The position numbers and the translations under genes are program-made. From Sulfolobales archaeon (GTDB lineage: Archaea > Thermoproteota > Thermoprotei_A > Sulfolobales > AG1), in the NCBI GenBank assembly GCA_038867615.1, contig JAWBYA010000012.1:1-24071 (forward strand): DNA of 24,071 nucleotides, given 5' to 3'. Below, one piece after another: positions 1-9,885 of the stretch (position 1 is its first letter; each line of letters begins with the position of its first letter). The notes under the pieces were generated by a model, which searched no databases, was not told the origin of the DNA, and saw nothing but the letters and a program-made list of their open reading frames with translations.

Positions 1-156
1 CTTTATGCTCTCCTTTGAAGCCTTGAACCATATTGTGTAGAAGCCTTTGTGATCCTCAAACCCTATGATCCTCTTCATAGCATCAACAGCATCTAAATAT
101 ATCTTATTCATCCCATATCTAATAAGCAGATCATACACCCTGCTACCTCCAGCCAA
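1..156 (-). CDS. Hypothetical protein, N-terminal part only (runs off the window start): MAGGSRVYDLLIRYGMNKIYLDAVDAMKRIIGFEDHKGFYTIWFKASKESIK...
   Basis: Open frame from TTG at 156 to base 1, translated by hand. GGGGT SD-like motif upstream, and GCTTTTTA box at 178-185 at the same spacing as neighbouring genes. Confidence 0.65.
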   Translation of the reverse strand, partial: MAGGSRVYDLLIRYGMNKIYLDAVDAMKRIIGFEDHKGFYTIWFKASKESIK

Positions 157-192
157 GCATACCCCTACACAAATATCTAAAAAGCACTAGCG

Positions 193-2625
193 CTAAGCCT
201 CAATAGTATGCCTTGTTAATCTGCTGAGTATCTTGCTCAGATCTGGGTCTCTGAAGACATCTGATATCTTCTTCTGCTTCATAAGCTCTACAGAGGCGTA
301 TAGCAGGGAGTTCTCCACACTCTTATCAATATTTCTCTTTGCTATCCTCATCGCAACCGCTGCAGTTATTGCTGGGGCTAGATATCTCTTGGACGAGACC
401 TCCTTCAGGGCAACCTCGTAGTTTATAGATGCATTGACCCAATTCTCGTTAGCTACTCCATTGAACCTCTCTATGACCTCTTCAGCTTTGCCTAGTATCT
501 CCCTTGCGATTGAGCTGGCTATCTCCCCTGTTAAGACGTAGAACTGATCTATGTTTGATATATCGGCAGTTACATGGCTCCGAACAGCTATTCTAATGGC
601 ATCCGCAAGGTCATCTATATCTGGGGCGCTCTTACCCTTAACAACAGAGTAGTATGATGCTAGCCAGACAACATGATCCATGAACCTGTTGGGGGACGCC
701 ATGATCGTTCCAAACGATGATGTTGAATATACAGGCAGGGGATCTATCACTACCGAGCTATCCATCTCCCTCTCTCCATAAATCCTTGGGATTGGTGATA
801 GGAAGGATATATCCTTAGAGGAGCTTCTATCCCTTACAATGGTTACCCTATATCTATATGTTAGTGCGTAGTATGATACCAGACCCAGAACCCATAAATC
901 ATCTGGGAAGTTCTTGACAAACCTCTCGATATGCCTTGAAACCACATAGAGATCCCTCCACCCAATCCTGGGCATGGATAGCATCCCCTCGAATGAATCC
1001 CTGTCCTTCTCGGCATCTGAGGAGTACACCATGATAACCCTGTCCCTGAACGCCTGTCCCTCATCTGTGAGTGCTCTAGCAGCTGGAGCTGGGTTGTCTG
1101 TGAATATGAAGACCCTAGCCCCTATATCTGGGCTCATGCGTACGCTGGTTACTGTGAGGAGCCTATTTATTGTGTCGGGGTTTCTCAGAGACTCATCAAC
1201 CAGGACGACCTGTGTTGAGAAAGCCTCGGAGCTTTTTACGAATTGGAAGAGTGGGTCTTTCTTATATCTATATAGGATCATGTCTATTGATGATACCCTT
1301 GTTAGATCCAGCATATATGGTGTCTCAACATATCTCATAATCCGTGTTGTGAAGCCCATCCTCTTAAGATCCTCGGATATCCTCGACACAATAGCCTCAA
1401 TAGCCTGGTGATCAATGGCATTAGCCTGGATAGCATTTGCCTGCCTGAGATATTCTATCAACCTATGCAGGGGTATTGAGATCGTGATGCTGCCCTCGGT
1501 TGTCTGCAGCCTCCTTACAACACCTCCCTCGACACCCTCATCGTATTCTATCCCATATCTCCTTAGATAGTCGAGGAACATTCTATACTTCGACCATATA
1601 TCCTCTTTAGAGCCTCTGAACTCAGCCACAATCTCTTCATAATCAACCAAGGAGGATAGTAACGCAGCTCCATAGGTTTTGAAAGATCCTGGGTTGCCAA
1701 CAACCCAGACAGATACTGGGGGTCTCCCGTGGTTGAGACCTGTTATAAGGGCATAGGCAAGCATATCGCCATATTCATCTAGGTTGGAAACCACCTTATC
1801 CCTGAAATCAATGACATTCTTGATGCTTGTAACCTGCTCAATAGGCTTCTCAACACCTGTTGGTGCTATATATCTTCCTAGATGATTGATAGTCCTGCTG
1901 TTAATTATATCGTTTATCACATCAACAGACTGGGGCTTCAGCCTATAGACCTCTATCTTATTGCTAGCGTTTTTCAGAAGGCTTGTTAATAATGCTAGGG
2001 TGTAGATGCCTACGCCACCTTTGTTGATTCTCTCCATATCTAGAGAGATGATGTTACTCACTACAGCATCATCGATCTCCTCGCCACTAGATAGCCTGTA
2101 GATCCTCTTTATAACCTCTGGAGCAATAGCTATGCTTGTTAGTATAGATACTATATGATTGCATGGAAGACCTCCCCTGAGCATAGAACCACATGAGCAT
2201 GCAAATCTTGCTTTCTCCCCATCGAACGATACATAGAAGAAGGCTTTGCTATCTTTCTTATCATTATCGAATATGCTGCTGTATGTGCCATAGATATCCA
2301 GCCCACCCCTGCTATTTTCAATAAGAACAGCTACGCCGCCAGTCATGGCGCCTGCAGATACCATGTATATCTTCGGTATCTCTACTTTGTAGTCGTTTAT
2401 CAAATCACCCTGTGTCAGTATTTCAAATATTTCACTATCAAGAATACCAGACCCAGGCTCCGTAACTTTCTTAAACAATGGGAAGATTCTGTTTGGAATA
2501 GCTAGTGGAATTCTATAGGACTCAGGCTCTAAAACATGTGGCTTTTCCAAGGAATCAGCAAGATCATCTATGCTAGCGATTGACACAAGCTTGTTATCAT
2601 AACGCTTTACCCTGATATTCTCCAT
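193..2625 (-). CDS. SWIM zinc finger fused to a MoxR/RavA-like AAA+ ATPase (~810 aa)
   Basis: SWIM motif CSC-x8-PCNH; Walker A GNPGSFKT; Walker B VVLVDE; sensor-1-like FIFTDN; Arg-finger-like AFRDRV. Start moved from TTG 2637 to ATG 2625 because a GGTG SD precedes it. Confidence 0.8.
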   Translation of the reverse strand: MENIRVKRYDNKLVSIASIDDLADSLEKPHVLEPESYRIPLAIPNRIFPLFKKVTEPGSGILDSEIFEILTQGDLINDYKVEIPKIYMVSAGAMTGGVAVLIENSRGGLDIYGTYSSIFDNDKKDSKAFFYVSFDGEKARFACSCGSMLRGGLPCNHIVSILTSIAIAPEVIKRIYRLSSGEEIDDAVVSNIISLDMERINKGGVGIYTLALLTSLLKNASNKIEVYRLKPQSVDVINDIINSRTINHLGRYIAPTGVEKPIEQVTSIKNVIDFRDKVVSNLDEYGDMLAYALITGLNHGRPPVSVWVVGNPGSFKTYGAALLSSLVDYEEIVAEFRGSKEDIWSKYRMFLDYLRRYGIEYDEGVEGGVVRRLQTTEGSITISIPLHRLIEYLRQANAIQANAIDHQAIEAIVSRISEDLKRMGFTTRIMRYVETPYMLDLTRVSSIDMILYRYKKDPLFQFVKSSEAFSTQVVLVDESLRNPDTINRLLTVTSVRMSPDIGARVFIFTDNPAPAARALTDEGQAFRDRVIMVYSSDAEKDRDSFEGMLSMPRIGWRDLYVVSRHIERFVKNFPDDLWVLGLVSYYALTYRYRVTIVRDRSSSKDISFLSPIPRIYGEREMDSSVVIDPLPVYSTSSFGTIMASPNRFMDHVVWLASYYSVVKGKSAPDIDDLADAIRIAVRSHVTADISNIDQFYVLTGEIASSIAREILGKAEEVIERFNGVANENWVNASINYEVALKEVSSKRYLAPAITAAVAMRIAKRNIDKSVENSLLYASVELMKQKKISDVFRDPDLSKILSRLTRHTIEA

Positions 2626-2668
2626 ATTAACACCCAATATAACTGTTAAAAAGCGGGCAGGTGCTTGA

Positions 2669-3892
2669 TCATGGTATGTAGTATTTCTGGTTATAGCTTA
2701 TGAAGAACATCATATCCGCCAAAACCCTTTCTGAGATCTCCTTGGGCGGTTTTCTCTTCCCAGAAGCCCTCATAAGCAACTCCTCAATCAAACCCCCTAT
2801 CCCAATATCCTCCCTATGTCGAATAAGACCGCTTAGAATTACATGTGTTGCTGGTATTACTAGCTCCCACCATACTCTATACCTGCCCTCATCCCACCAT
2901 ATTGATGCCTTCATAACCTGGTCAAAAGATATCTTTGATAGTGGGGTGCCATAGAAGCCAAGGGCTATTCTGTTGAAGCACTCATCGAATCTCTTTTCAA
3001 AGTAGATCTTGTAGATCCTGCTGCTGTGTCTTGGAAGCGTGAACTCGTTAAAGACGTTTCTAGATACATAGGTATATAGGAGTTCTCCAGCATCAACACA
3101 TTCTCTGTTTTCAAGGTCTATGAGAAGGGGCAGATGATCCCCTCCGCCCAGCTCCATATCTATATAGGCGCAGGAGAAGGACTTCACAGTATCCCAGCCA
3201 GAGCAGGTGAAAATATGACCACAGACTGGTACGTAGATCTTGTTGGAGAGATAGATATGGAGATGGCTAAGGACATATCTCTCAGCGCTATGGCTAGCCC
3301 TTATAAGGGGTATCTCTAGAAGCCTCATATAGAGGTGCTTCAAAAACCTATTCCTCAGCCTAGTGCCTGGCTCGGAGTAATCGGTGTTCATCATTCTGAG
3401 CACTAGCTGGACTAGGAAATCTCTTCTCATAGGGTTAGGCTCTTTCTCCCTAGCAAGAGAGTCAATGACACCGTTCTTCCTCCAGAACTCCACCATAGCA
3501 TCATATCCATATTCAAACCCTATATCGGAGCTTATTCTGAGGAAATCATAGATAGATCTGCACCTGCTGTTATCACACCTCTTATAGGCAGTCCTCAGAA
3601 GAGCCTTCCAAACCCTATGTGCATATCCGCTACCAAATAGATACTCGGATGCGGAGTAGAGATACCTAGCATGGGCTGGCGATATGCTTGGAGCAATAGT
3701 GGTGTTACCCTCTTTATCGTAGCATCTCATATAATAGTCATTGGTTATGAAACAAACACCATCGGCTAGTATATACTGGTAGAGTGTCTTGAGGGTAAAC
3801 AAAACTATATAGAGCCTTTCACTAAAACTAAACATAATGGGGAACGAGGGGATAAATAGATCTTTCAGATCTTTCTGTGCTAAAATAGCCAA
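2669..3892 (-). CDS. Hypothetical protein (407 aa)
   Basis: Long ORF with TTG start, GGGGT SD and local codon usage. No recognisable motif. Confidence 0.75.
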   Translation of the reverse strand: MAILAQKDLKDLFIPSFPIMFSFSERLYIVLFTLKTLYQYILADGVCFITNDYYMRCYDKEGNTTIAPSISPAHARYLYSASEYLFGSGYAHRVWKALLRTAYKRCDNSRCRSIYDFLRISSDIGFEYGYDAMVEFWRKNGVIDSLAREKEPNPMRRDFLVQLVLRMMNTDYSEPGTRLRNRFLKHLYMRLLEIPLIRASHSAERYVLSHLHIYLSNKIYVPVCGHIFTCSGWDTVKSFSCAYIDMELGGGDHLPLLIDLENRECVDAGELLYTYVSRNVFNEFTLPRHSSRIYKIYFEKRFDECFNRIALGFYGTPLSKISFDQVMKASIWWDEGRYRVWWELVIPATHVILSGLIRHREDIGIGGLIEELLMRASGKRKPPKEISERVLADMMFFISYNQKYYIP

Positions 3893-3941
3893 TCCATACC
3901 CCTTATAATATATATCTGCCTATGAAGCTATTATTGATTCC

Positions 3942-3956
3942 TTAGGTCTGACCTAA
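3942..3956. promoter_or_regulatory. Perfect 15-bp palindrome TTAGGTC-T-GACCTAA, candidate operator
   Basis: 7-bp arms with a 1-bp spacer in the intergenic gap, about 50 bp upstream of the 407-aa gene start. Confidence 0.4.
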
Positions 3957-3992
3957 AAATCAAAACCCTAGAAGGCTTATAAATCTCCATTC

Positions 3993-6770
3993 TTAGGTGT
4001 ATATAGTATATCTGCCAAGTATCTTTAGCTTCTTGACGTAGTCAATCATATCTTCTGTAAGGAATACCAATCTATCCTCTGTGCCTATTGAGACCACAGG
4101 TATTTCGAGGGAATTATACTTGAGTAGAGATACTAGGTTTCCTAACTCCTCATCATCCAACACCTTTTTTACCCTATTCCATATGTTTATAACACCCCTC
4201 CAACCAATCCTAGATATCTCCTCAAGATTCCTAGCCTTGACAGGCACTAGATATGAGCCATATAGGATACCGAATATCTTGGGGGATTCCTGTATAGATC
4301 CTGATGGCTCGATATCGAGAATCATCGCTAGCATGTTACCTTCATTGCTTGGTATCTTTATAAACGGTAGTGATGGCATTCTTGGGTCTGACTGAAAATC
4401 TACGATATATACTGCCCCACCCTCCAATTTACCGAGGAAAGCCTCTGGCTCTGTATCAATAATCACTTTAAATAAGTGTTGAAGGATAAAGCTACAGCTT
4501 GTATCGAGGTTCTCTACATCACATCTAATGATATTCCTAAGCATCCTAGCTTTTTCCTCGGTATCCATGAAACGCCACATTGTGCTATAGATATCATCTA
4601 TTTTGTTGATCCTTGCACTATATCTGGTTAGCTTGATCATAGTATCTATATCTTTTTTAACAAATACCAAGATAGGCTTATCACCTATAAAGGTGTTCAA
4701 CATACTCAATAATATCCTCTCAGTAAGTTCATAAGTACCATCAATATCAATATCTTCGTATATCTTGGAGTATTCCCTAAATGAAGTACTGTCCATGAAG
4801 GCAACCACTTTATCTGCTATAGTTGAGGCGGCTTTCTTCTCTGGCATCCCTGCCCTAACCAGATCCCAGAAGAGCTTGTCAATCCTACCCCTAGCTATGT
4901 GGATATCTATATAGGCTGAGAGAATGCTGCTTAGTATCTCTCGAATATCTACATCAACACCTGCCTTTGAAAGAATGCTTTGTAGATCGTATGCCTTTCC
5001 AAACACATATATATTCACCTTATTGTTTACTCTATCTAGTGTGAGGACTGATTCGCTGATCAGTTTATCCAGAAGCTTCTCTCCATATTTAATCATCTCA
5101 AGACCAATTATATATGACATCTCATTGACCTTGTGTTCAACACCGAGCTTCTTAGACAATATATAGATATACTGTTTGTCCTTGGCATTCATTTGTTCAT
5201 AGATTTTATCAATAATAAGTTCGTTTGGATATCTGAGATAAGTGAATAAATAGCTCTTTATCAGCAGAATCCTTATAACCTCTAGCCAGAATACCCTTGC
5301 AACATCTTCTCTCTCAAAGGTTACAGGGTTTGATCTGTTTTTCTTGGCTTTCCCCTTCTTGATACTCTTCCTAGCATCTATCACCATATTGATCATATGC
5401 CTATATTCGTTCAAAATATTCTTTATGATTTCCTCCGCACCCTTTGCAGGGTCATTCGCAGGGAATGGATACCTGAAGCTCTTGGAGAACTCAACATTAC
5501 CTTTTGATTTATTCCTATATCTATAACCAAGGCTTTCAACAATATTCTTCTCCTGATCATGGAAAATCTTCATATCCATATGCTCATATTTGTGGAAATT
5601 GATCTTTACCTCATCTGGCTTGATATATGCCACAAGGGATACGTCATATTTTGCTAGGGTTTTACTAAGACCTACTACATATTTCCCCTGCTCTGGTTCT
5701 AAAATGCTATATTCACCGTATGTTGGTGAATAGCCTGCTTTACCGAACTCCGAGGTGAATACCTCCTCCATACCTCTAACGAACTCAACCATCTTCTTTG
5801 CTTTACTAGCCATATCCTCTATGTGCCTCCCAAAGCCAGCGGGGTCGTCAAAGCTGTAGAAACCTTTAACGATATCTTCATTAAAATAACTGAGATAAGG
5901 TGTGGCACTCCCATCTAGTAGCTTTTTTAGATATGCTGGTTCAGCTATTGTTATGCGATATCCAAATAGGTTTACCTTCCCAACCTCTGCTGCTGGTATT
6001 ATCCTTAGGATGAACAGGTATTCGGGGTCTTGGATATCTAGAACTGCTATATATTCGCTAGTTTCTTTTGATAAGCCTTCCCTCTGGATCTTTAAGCCTG
6101 TTTTCTGCAGAAAACTGCTAACAAGGCTTACTACCTCGTCCTTGTTCAGGATATACCAAAGACCTTTGTCTTTGAAGGCATACGATAATATAGATGCCTC
6201 TGCATCTGGTGATAATCCTAGTGGTTCTCCAGCGAAGTAGATCCTGAAGTTCTTAACACTACCAAACTTAGCTAGCAAGCTATAAACAAAGCCCGATAGT
6301 CTATCGGCTAAATCGAATATCTCATCTTTTACTGCTTCTTCGAGCTTTTCACGTGGGTAGAACACATACTTCGGGTGATACCTCATAATATTTATAACTA
6401 CATCGCTAGGTATATTCTCCAATATACCAACATCTATTCCCCATCTGGGGGTTACCTTGAATATCTCGTTAGCTAGTTCCCTGATCATCTCCTTCATTTC
6501 ACCACTTCTGATCCTGTTTACGAATTCATGAGAGACCTCTCTCAGGATATATAGGTAATCTGAGAGCTTCTCTTTATCCTTCTTATATCTAGCCCTTTCT
6601 TCGAGTTTTTTGATGAGCTCCTGCAGCTCTAGATCTGTTAATCCAGAGATCTTCAGGATTAGTTCTACCTCATCGCTAGCTTCCTTAAGCAGATCTACAT
6701 ATTTCCATTGGGACATAAAGTATTCACAGGCATTCCAAAGCTTCTCAAACATAGTCTTTGAGATACTCAT
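3993..6770 (-). CDS. Large hypothetical protein (925 aa)
   Basis: Long ATG ORF with GGGGTG SD and GCTTTTTA box at 6795-6802. No catalytic motif recognised. Confidence 0.85.
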   Translation of the reverse strand: MSISKTMFEKLWNACEYFMSQWKYVDLLKEASDEVELILKISGLTDLELQELIKKLEERARYKKDKEKLSDYLYILREVSHEFVNRIRSGEMKEMIRELANEIFKVTPRWGIDVGILENIPSDVVINIMRYHPKYVFYPREKLEEAVKDEIFDLADRLSGFVYSLLAKFGSVKNFRIYFAGEPLGLSPDAEASILSYAFKDKGLWYILNKDEVVSLVSSFLQKTGLKIQREGLSKETSEYIAVLDIQDPEYLFILRIIPAAEVGKVNLFGYRITIAEPAYLKKLLDGSATPYLSYFNEDIVKGFYSFDDPAGFGRHIEDMASKAKKMVEFVRGMEEVFTSEFGKAGYSPTYGEYSILEPEQGKYVVGLSKTLAKYDVSLVAYIKPDEVKINFHKYEHMDMKIFHDQEKNIVESLGYRYRNKSKGNVEFSKSFRYPFPANDPAKGAEEIIKNILNEYRHMINMVIDARKSIKKGKAKKNRSNPVTFEREDVARVFWLEVIRILLIKSYLFTYLRYPNELIIDKIYEQMNAKDKQYIYILSKKLGVEHKVNEMSYIIGLEMIKYGEKLLDKLISESVLTLDRVNNKVNIYVFGKAYDLQSILSKAGVDVDIREILSSILSAYIDIHIARGRIDKLFWDLVRAGMPEKKAASTIADKVVAFMDSTSFREYSKIYEDIDIDGTYELTERILLSMLNTFIGDKPILVFVKKDIDTMIKLTRYSARINKIDDIYSTMWRFMDTEEKARMLRNIIRCDVENLDTSCSFILQHLFKVIIDTEPEAFLGKLEGGAVYIVDFQSDPRMPSLPFIKIPSNEGNMLAMILDIEPSGSIQESPKIFGILYGSYLVPVKARNLEEISRIGWRGVINIWNRVKKVLDDEELGNLVSLLKYNSLEIPVVSIGTEDRLVFLTEDMIDYVKKLKILGRYTIYT

Positions 6771-6864
6771 TATCTACACCCCATTTCCAGTTGCTAAAAA
6801 GCTAGTGCTTAGGAGGAGATGGAAAATCTCATCCGCAACCTTTAATAGTGGAGTACTCAGTTTG

Positions 6865-7560
6865 CTAGGCATGGATGGGATGCATCTTCATGAGGTTTTC
6901 TGTTATGCTTGTATCTTCTAGCAGGTATTCTCCCATCGCTATTATTTCGCTCTTTTTCTTCTTTTTTATAACCAGTATATCCATTGGTATCCCAGCGGTA
7001 CTATAGGTAATCCTGTCCAGCTTTATGATATCTTTGAGACTATCTATATAGCTATATATCACCCTATATTTTGATACAGCTTCTAGAGCATTATAGCCGC
7101 TGACAACTATGGCTGCTTCGTTTGGACGCCACACGAGGAACTCAAACCTACCCTCCTCTACTCTGAATATCACGAGTCTATATGTTTTGTCATCAAGTGT
7201 TACTGTTATAAAGCATCCATCATTATCTGTACCCTTGGTACATAATTTGCCGATCTTCTTGCTATCATTATATAGAAGGTCTGGATCTACTGATAACACT
7301 ACTCCAGTAACGGCTCCAACCATTTCAAGATCTACTATGATCCTGTTTGTATCGAGGAGCAATGCTTTTGAATATATCTTTAACCTGCTATTTCTAGGGA
7401 TATTCCTCCACATATCCAGGACAGCTCTTGCCTTCTCATCATCATCAGGCTGTACAATACAATCATAGCTATATAATATGATATCCTTTGCAAGGGAGGT
7501 GCTCATAGCTACATCGAGATACTTACTGAAGATTTTACTTAGCTCCTCTATATTGCACAT
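6865..7560 (-). CDS. Hypothetical protein (231 aa), possibly a distant paralogue of the C-terminal part of the 925-aa protein
   Basis: ATG ORF with GGGGT SD and GCTTTTA box at 7584-7590. Weak by-eye similarity to the neighbour. Confidence 0.75.
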   Translation of the reverse strand: MCNIEELSKIFSKYLDVAMSTSLAKDIILYSYDCIVQPDDDEKARAVLDMWRNIPRNSRLKIYSKALLLDTNRIIVDLEMVGAVTGVVLSVDPDLLYNDSKKIGKLCTKGTDNDGCFITVTLDDKTYRLVIFRVEEGRFEFLVWRPNEAAIVVSGYNALEAVSKYRVIYSYIDSLKDIIKLDRITYSTAGIPMDILVIKKKKKSEIIAMGEYLLEDTSITENLMKMHPIHA

Positions 7561-7666
7561 ATTAACCCCACATGTTAAATGGCTAAAAGCAAAAGACAGG
7601 TTATTGATAATTCCAGCTTTTCATAGTTTATATAGGGGATGATATATTTCCCTTCTCAGAAGAGAG

Positions 7667-9541
7667 ATGAACCTCATTGAGAGTGATGTTGATGCTGTTG
7701 AGTTTTCAAAGGAAACTCTTGCAGTTCTTGCTAAAAAGTCTTCCTATTTCAATGGCATAAGAGCCGATATCGCTGGGACAAGCGATGCTGGTTTCTATGT
7801 AGATAGGATGCTGAGGATCAGGATAGCAAGTATAAAGAAGCTTGTGAGCATGAACATACCGCAGGAGATGTTCCAACATATATATAGAGGTGGGGTTACC
7901 CACGAAGCCCTGCATATAATTCTGCTTCCATTTATGAAGCAGAGTAAATATGTACTTGCAATAGCTGCTGACTATCTGAGAAGTAGGGGCTACAAGCTGG
8001 ACTGGGATAAGCTCAACCATGTGGATAATGCTGTTAGTGATGCAATAAACGAGATCATTGCAACTGTTAATAACCTACCTAATAGCGATGACCTCAAACC
8101 CCTCAACATATACTATGTGCTCAACAACAATCCAGAAGATATTGCTAAGCTAGCAAGTGAAAAGGATCTCTTAACCTCTTTCTTCATAACAGCCAAATAC
8201 GCAATAGCTATGAAGCCACAGACACTCACAGAGCAGAGAGATAGCGATGAGTCTAAGAAGCTTTCACAGGGGCTTGTTAGGCTGGTGGCAAAGATATCGA
8301 GAAGTCTCGATATATATGATTATATCTTGGAATTGAACTCAACTGCTTTTATAAGTAGAACTCTGCCCTCTCTTTTAGTTGATGATGTTCTATATAAGAG
8401 TCTCGATGTTGTTGTTGATGCAACAAAGAAATATGTTAGCGGGGATATAGATGCCAGTAACGCTAAGAAGGTTTTTATAAGCGCTCTGTCATCATGTCCG
8501 ATCGAGAATAAGCTCATATGGACATACTACCACTATCTAGTACCCCTCTACATAGTGGGTAAGAGGGAGGTGTTGAACATAGGGTGTGCATGTGATCAGA
8601 TCAGATTATCGCCAGACGAGTTGGATGATATAATGAACGAGCTAAGGAACAAGGCTAAGGATGCAGGTAGAGGTGTTGATAAGGATAGAGATTCAGACAG
8701 AGAGATATATCTGGATCTATTATCCTCTAAGGAGATTAAGAGAGTCTCATCCAGGCTCTTGATGGAAGCTCTCAGGGTTGCTGGGAGCAGGATCCTTGCT
8801 GAGAACTATATATATAGATCATCAGATCCGATAGATAGAAAGCCATACGGGATACCAGATCCTAGAACTCTAATGTATGATGATCCTAGCAAGATACATA
8901 TGATAAGCTTCGAGCAGGGAGTTAGGTGGAAGAGGGGGGATGCTAACTACGATCTACCATCCCACATAACAGTAATAATAGATGAGAGTGGATCTACTAT
9001 TGAAAATACAGATATATTATCGCCGATAGCGGGAAGGGTAACAAAGGTCTATGATGTTGAGAGAACCATAGCAATGGCTCTCCTATACAATGTGATAAGG
9101 CTTGGAGGATCTAGTGTGAAGACAGCCCTCTATAGATTCTCAAACAATGTTGATATCATGAAAAGTACAGCTAGAGATGTATATGAGTGGCTTGCAACAA
9201 TTGTTGAGAGGAGGCAGGAGCTGATGATGGGTGACACAAATATAGAGAAGGCTGTTGCAGATGCTCTGGAGAACCATATTGATAGTCCTAAGAACTACTT
9301 TGTGTTGATAACAGATATGCTTATAAACATTAATCAGGCGGTTGAGATAAGGAGGATGATGACTTCAAAGCTGAGGAGAAGCCCTATCCTCATAATCTCG
9401 ATAAACAACCCAGCACCTATGGTGATAGAGGAGCTGGATAGAGATAAGCTGATAGCAGTAGCATCTGTGCTAAACCTAAGAGATCTAGAGAAGGTAGAGA
9501 GAGCAATAGCAAAGCTAGCTAAAAACCTAAACCATCTTTAG
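7667..9541 (+). CDS. vWA-domain protein with N-terminal HExxH putative metallopeptidase domain (DUF2201-like architecture), 624 aa
   Basis: THEALH followed by DNAVSDAINE; MIDAS motif VIIDESGS, then GDTNIEKA and VLITD. Confidence 0.85.
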   Translation: MNLIESDVDAVEFSKETLAVLAKKSSYFNGIRADIAGTSDAGFYVDRMLRIRIASIKKLVSMNIPQEMFQHIYRGGVTHEALHIILLPFMKQSKYVLAIAADYLRSRGYKLDWDKLNHVDNAVSDAINEIIATVNNLPNSDDLKPLNIYYVLNNNPEDIAKLASEKDLLTSFFITAKYAIAMKPQTLTEQRDSDESKKLSQGLVRLVAKISRSLDIYDYILELNSTAFISRTLPSLLVDDVLYKSLDVVVDATKKYVSGDIDASNAKKVFISALSSCPIENKLIWTYYHYLVPLYIVGKREVLNIGCACDQIRLSPDELDDIMNELRNKAKDAGRGVDKDRDSDREIYLDLLSSKEIKRVSSRLLMEALRVAGSRILAENYIYRSSDPIDRKPYGIPDPRTLMYDDPSKIHMISFEQGVRWKRGDANYDLPSHITVIIDESGSTIENTDILSPIAGRVTKVYDVERTIAMALLYNVIRLGGSSVKTALYRFSNNVDIMKSTARDVYEWLATIVERRQELMMGDTNIEKAVADALENHIDSPKNYFVLITDMLININQAVEIRRMMTSKLRRSPILIISINNPAPMVIEELDRDKLIAVASVLNLRDLEKVERAIAKLAKNLNHL

Positions 9542-9885
9542 TTCTGATCTCCTCCAAGCTCTACCTCGTTATCCACCTTATTAATTGGTTCGAGTCCTAG
9601 CAGTTTTAGAGAGGATTTTGTCCTAGCAATTAACATGATCTCCTTGAACGCCTTTTCAAGACCTTCTCTGGAGGCTATCTCTATATATAGCTTTTGCAGG
9701 GAGCCATCGGGGATATCTGGTGTGCTTATCCCGATATTTGTTTTGATAGGGGTATTCTCTGATCTAGCATCTTCTATGATCTTCACAATCTTGTAGAGAC
9801 TATGTATCCTTCTAACCTCCCTTAGAAAAGCCTCTAGCAATACTACAGAGTGGTGGCTATGGCACCAACACCTTGCCATAATCAT
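9538..9885 (-). CDS. Hypothetical protein (~113-115 aa); start ATG 9885 or 9879
   Basis: Last gene of the minus-strand run. Overlaps the 3' end of the upstream TFB-like gene, has a GGAG SD, and its stop overlaps the vWA stop convergently. Confidence 0.6.
   Translation of the reverse strand: MIMARCWCHSHHSVVLLEAFLREVRRIHSLYKIVKIIEDARSENTPIKTNIGISTPDIPDGSLQKLYIEIASREGLEKAFKEIMLIARTKSSLKLLGLEPINKVDNEVELGGDQN

Noticed and set aside
1210-1670. Possible intein between Walker A and Walker B of the AAA+ protein
   Set aside because: No His-Asn/(Cys, Ser, Thr) splice junction or LAGLIDADG motif is visible; treated as an inserted domain.
233-7468. Many 60-145-aa plus-strand ORFs
   Set aside because: They lie antisense to long, well-supported minus-strand genes and have the Ser/Ile/Leu-rich composition of shadow frames.
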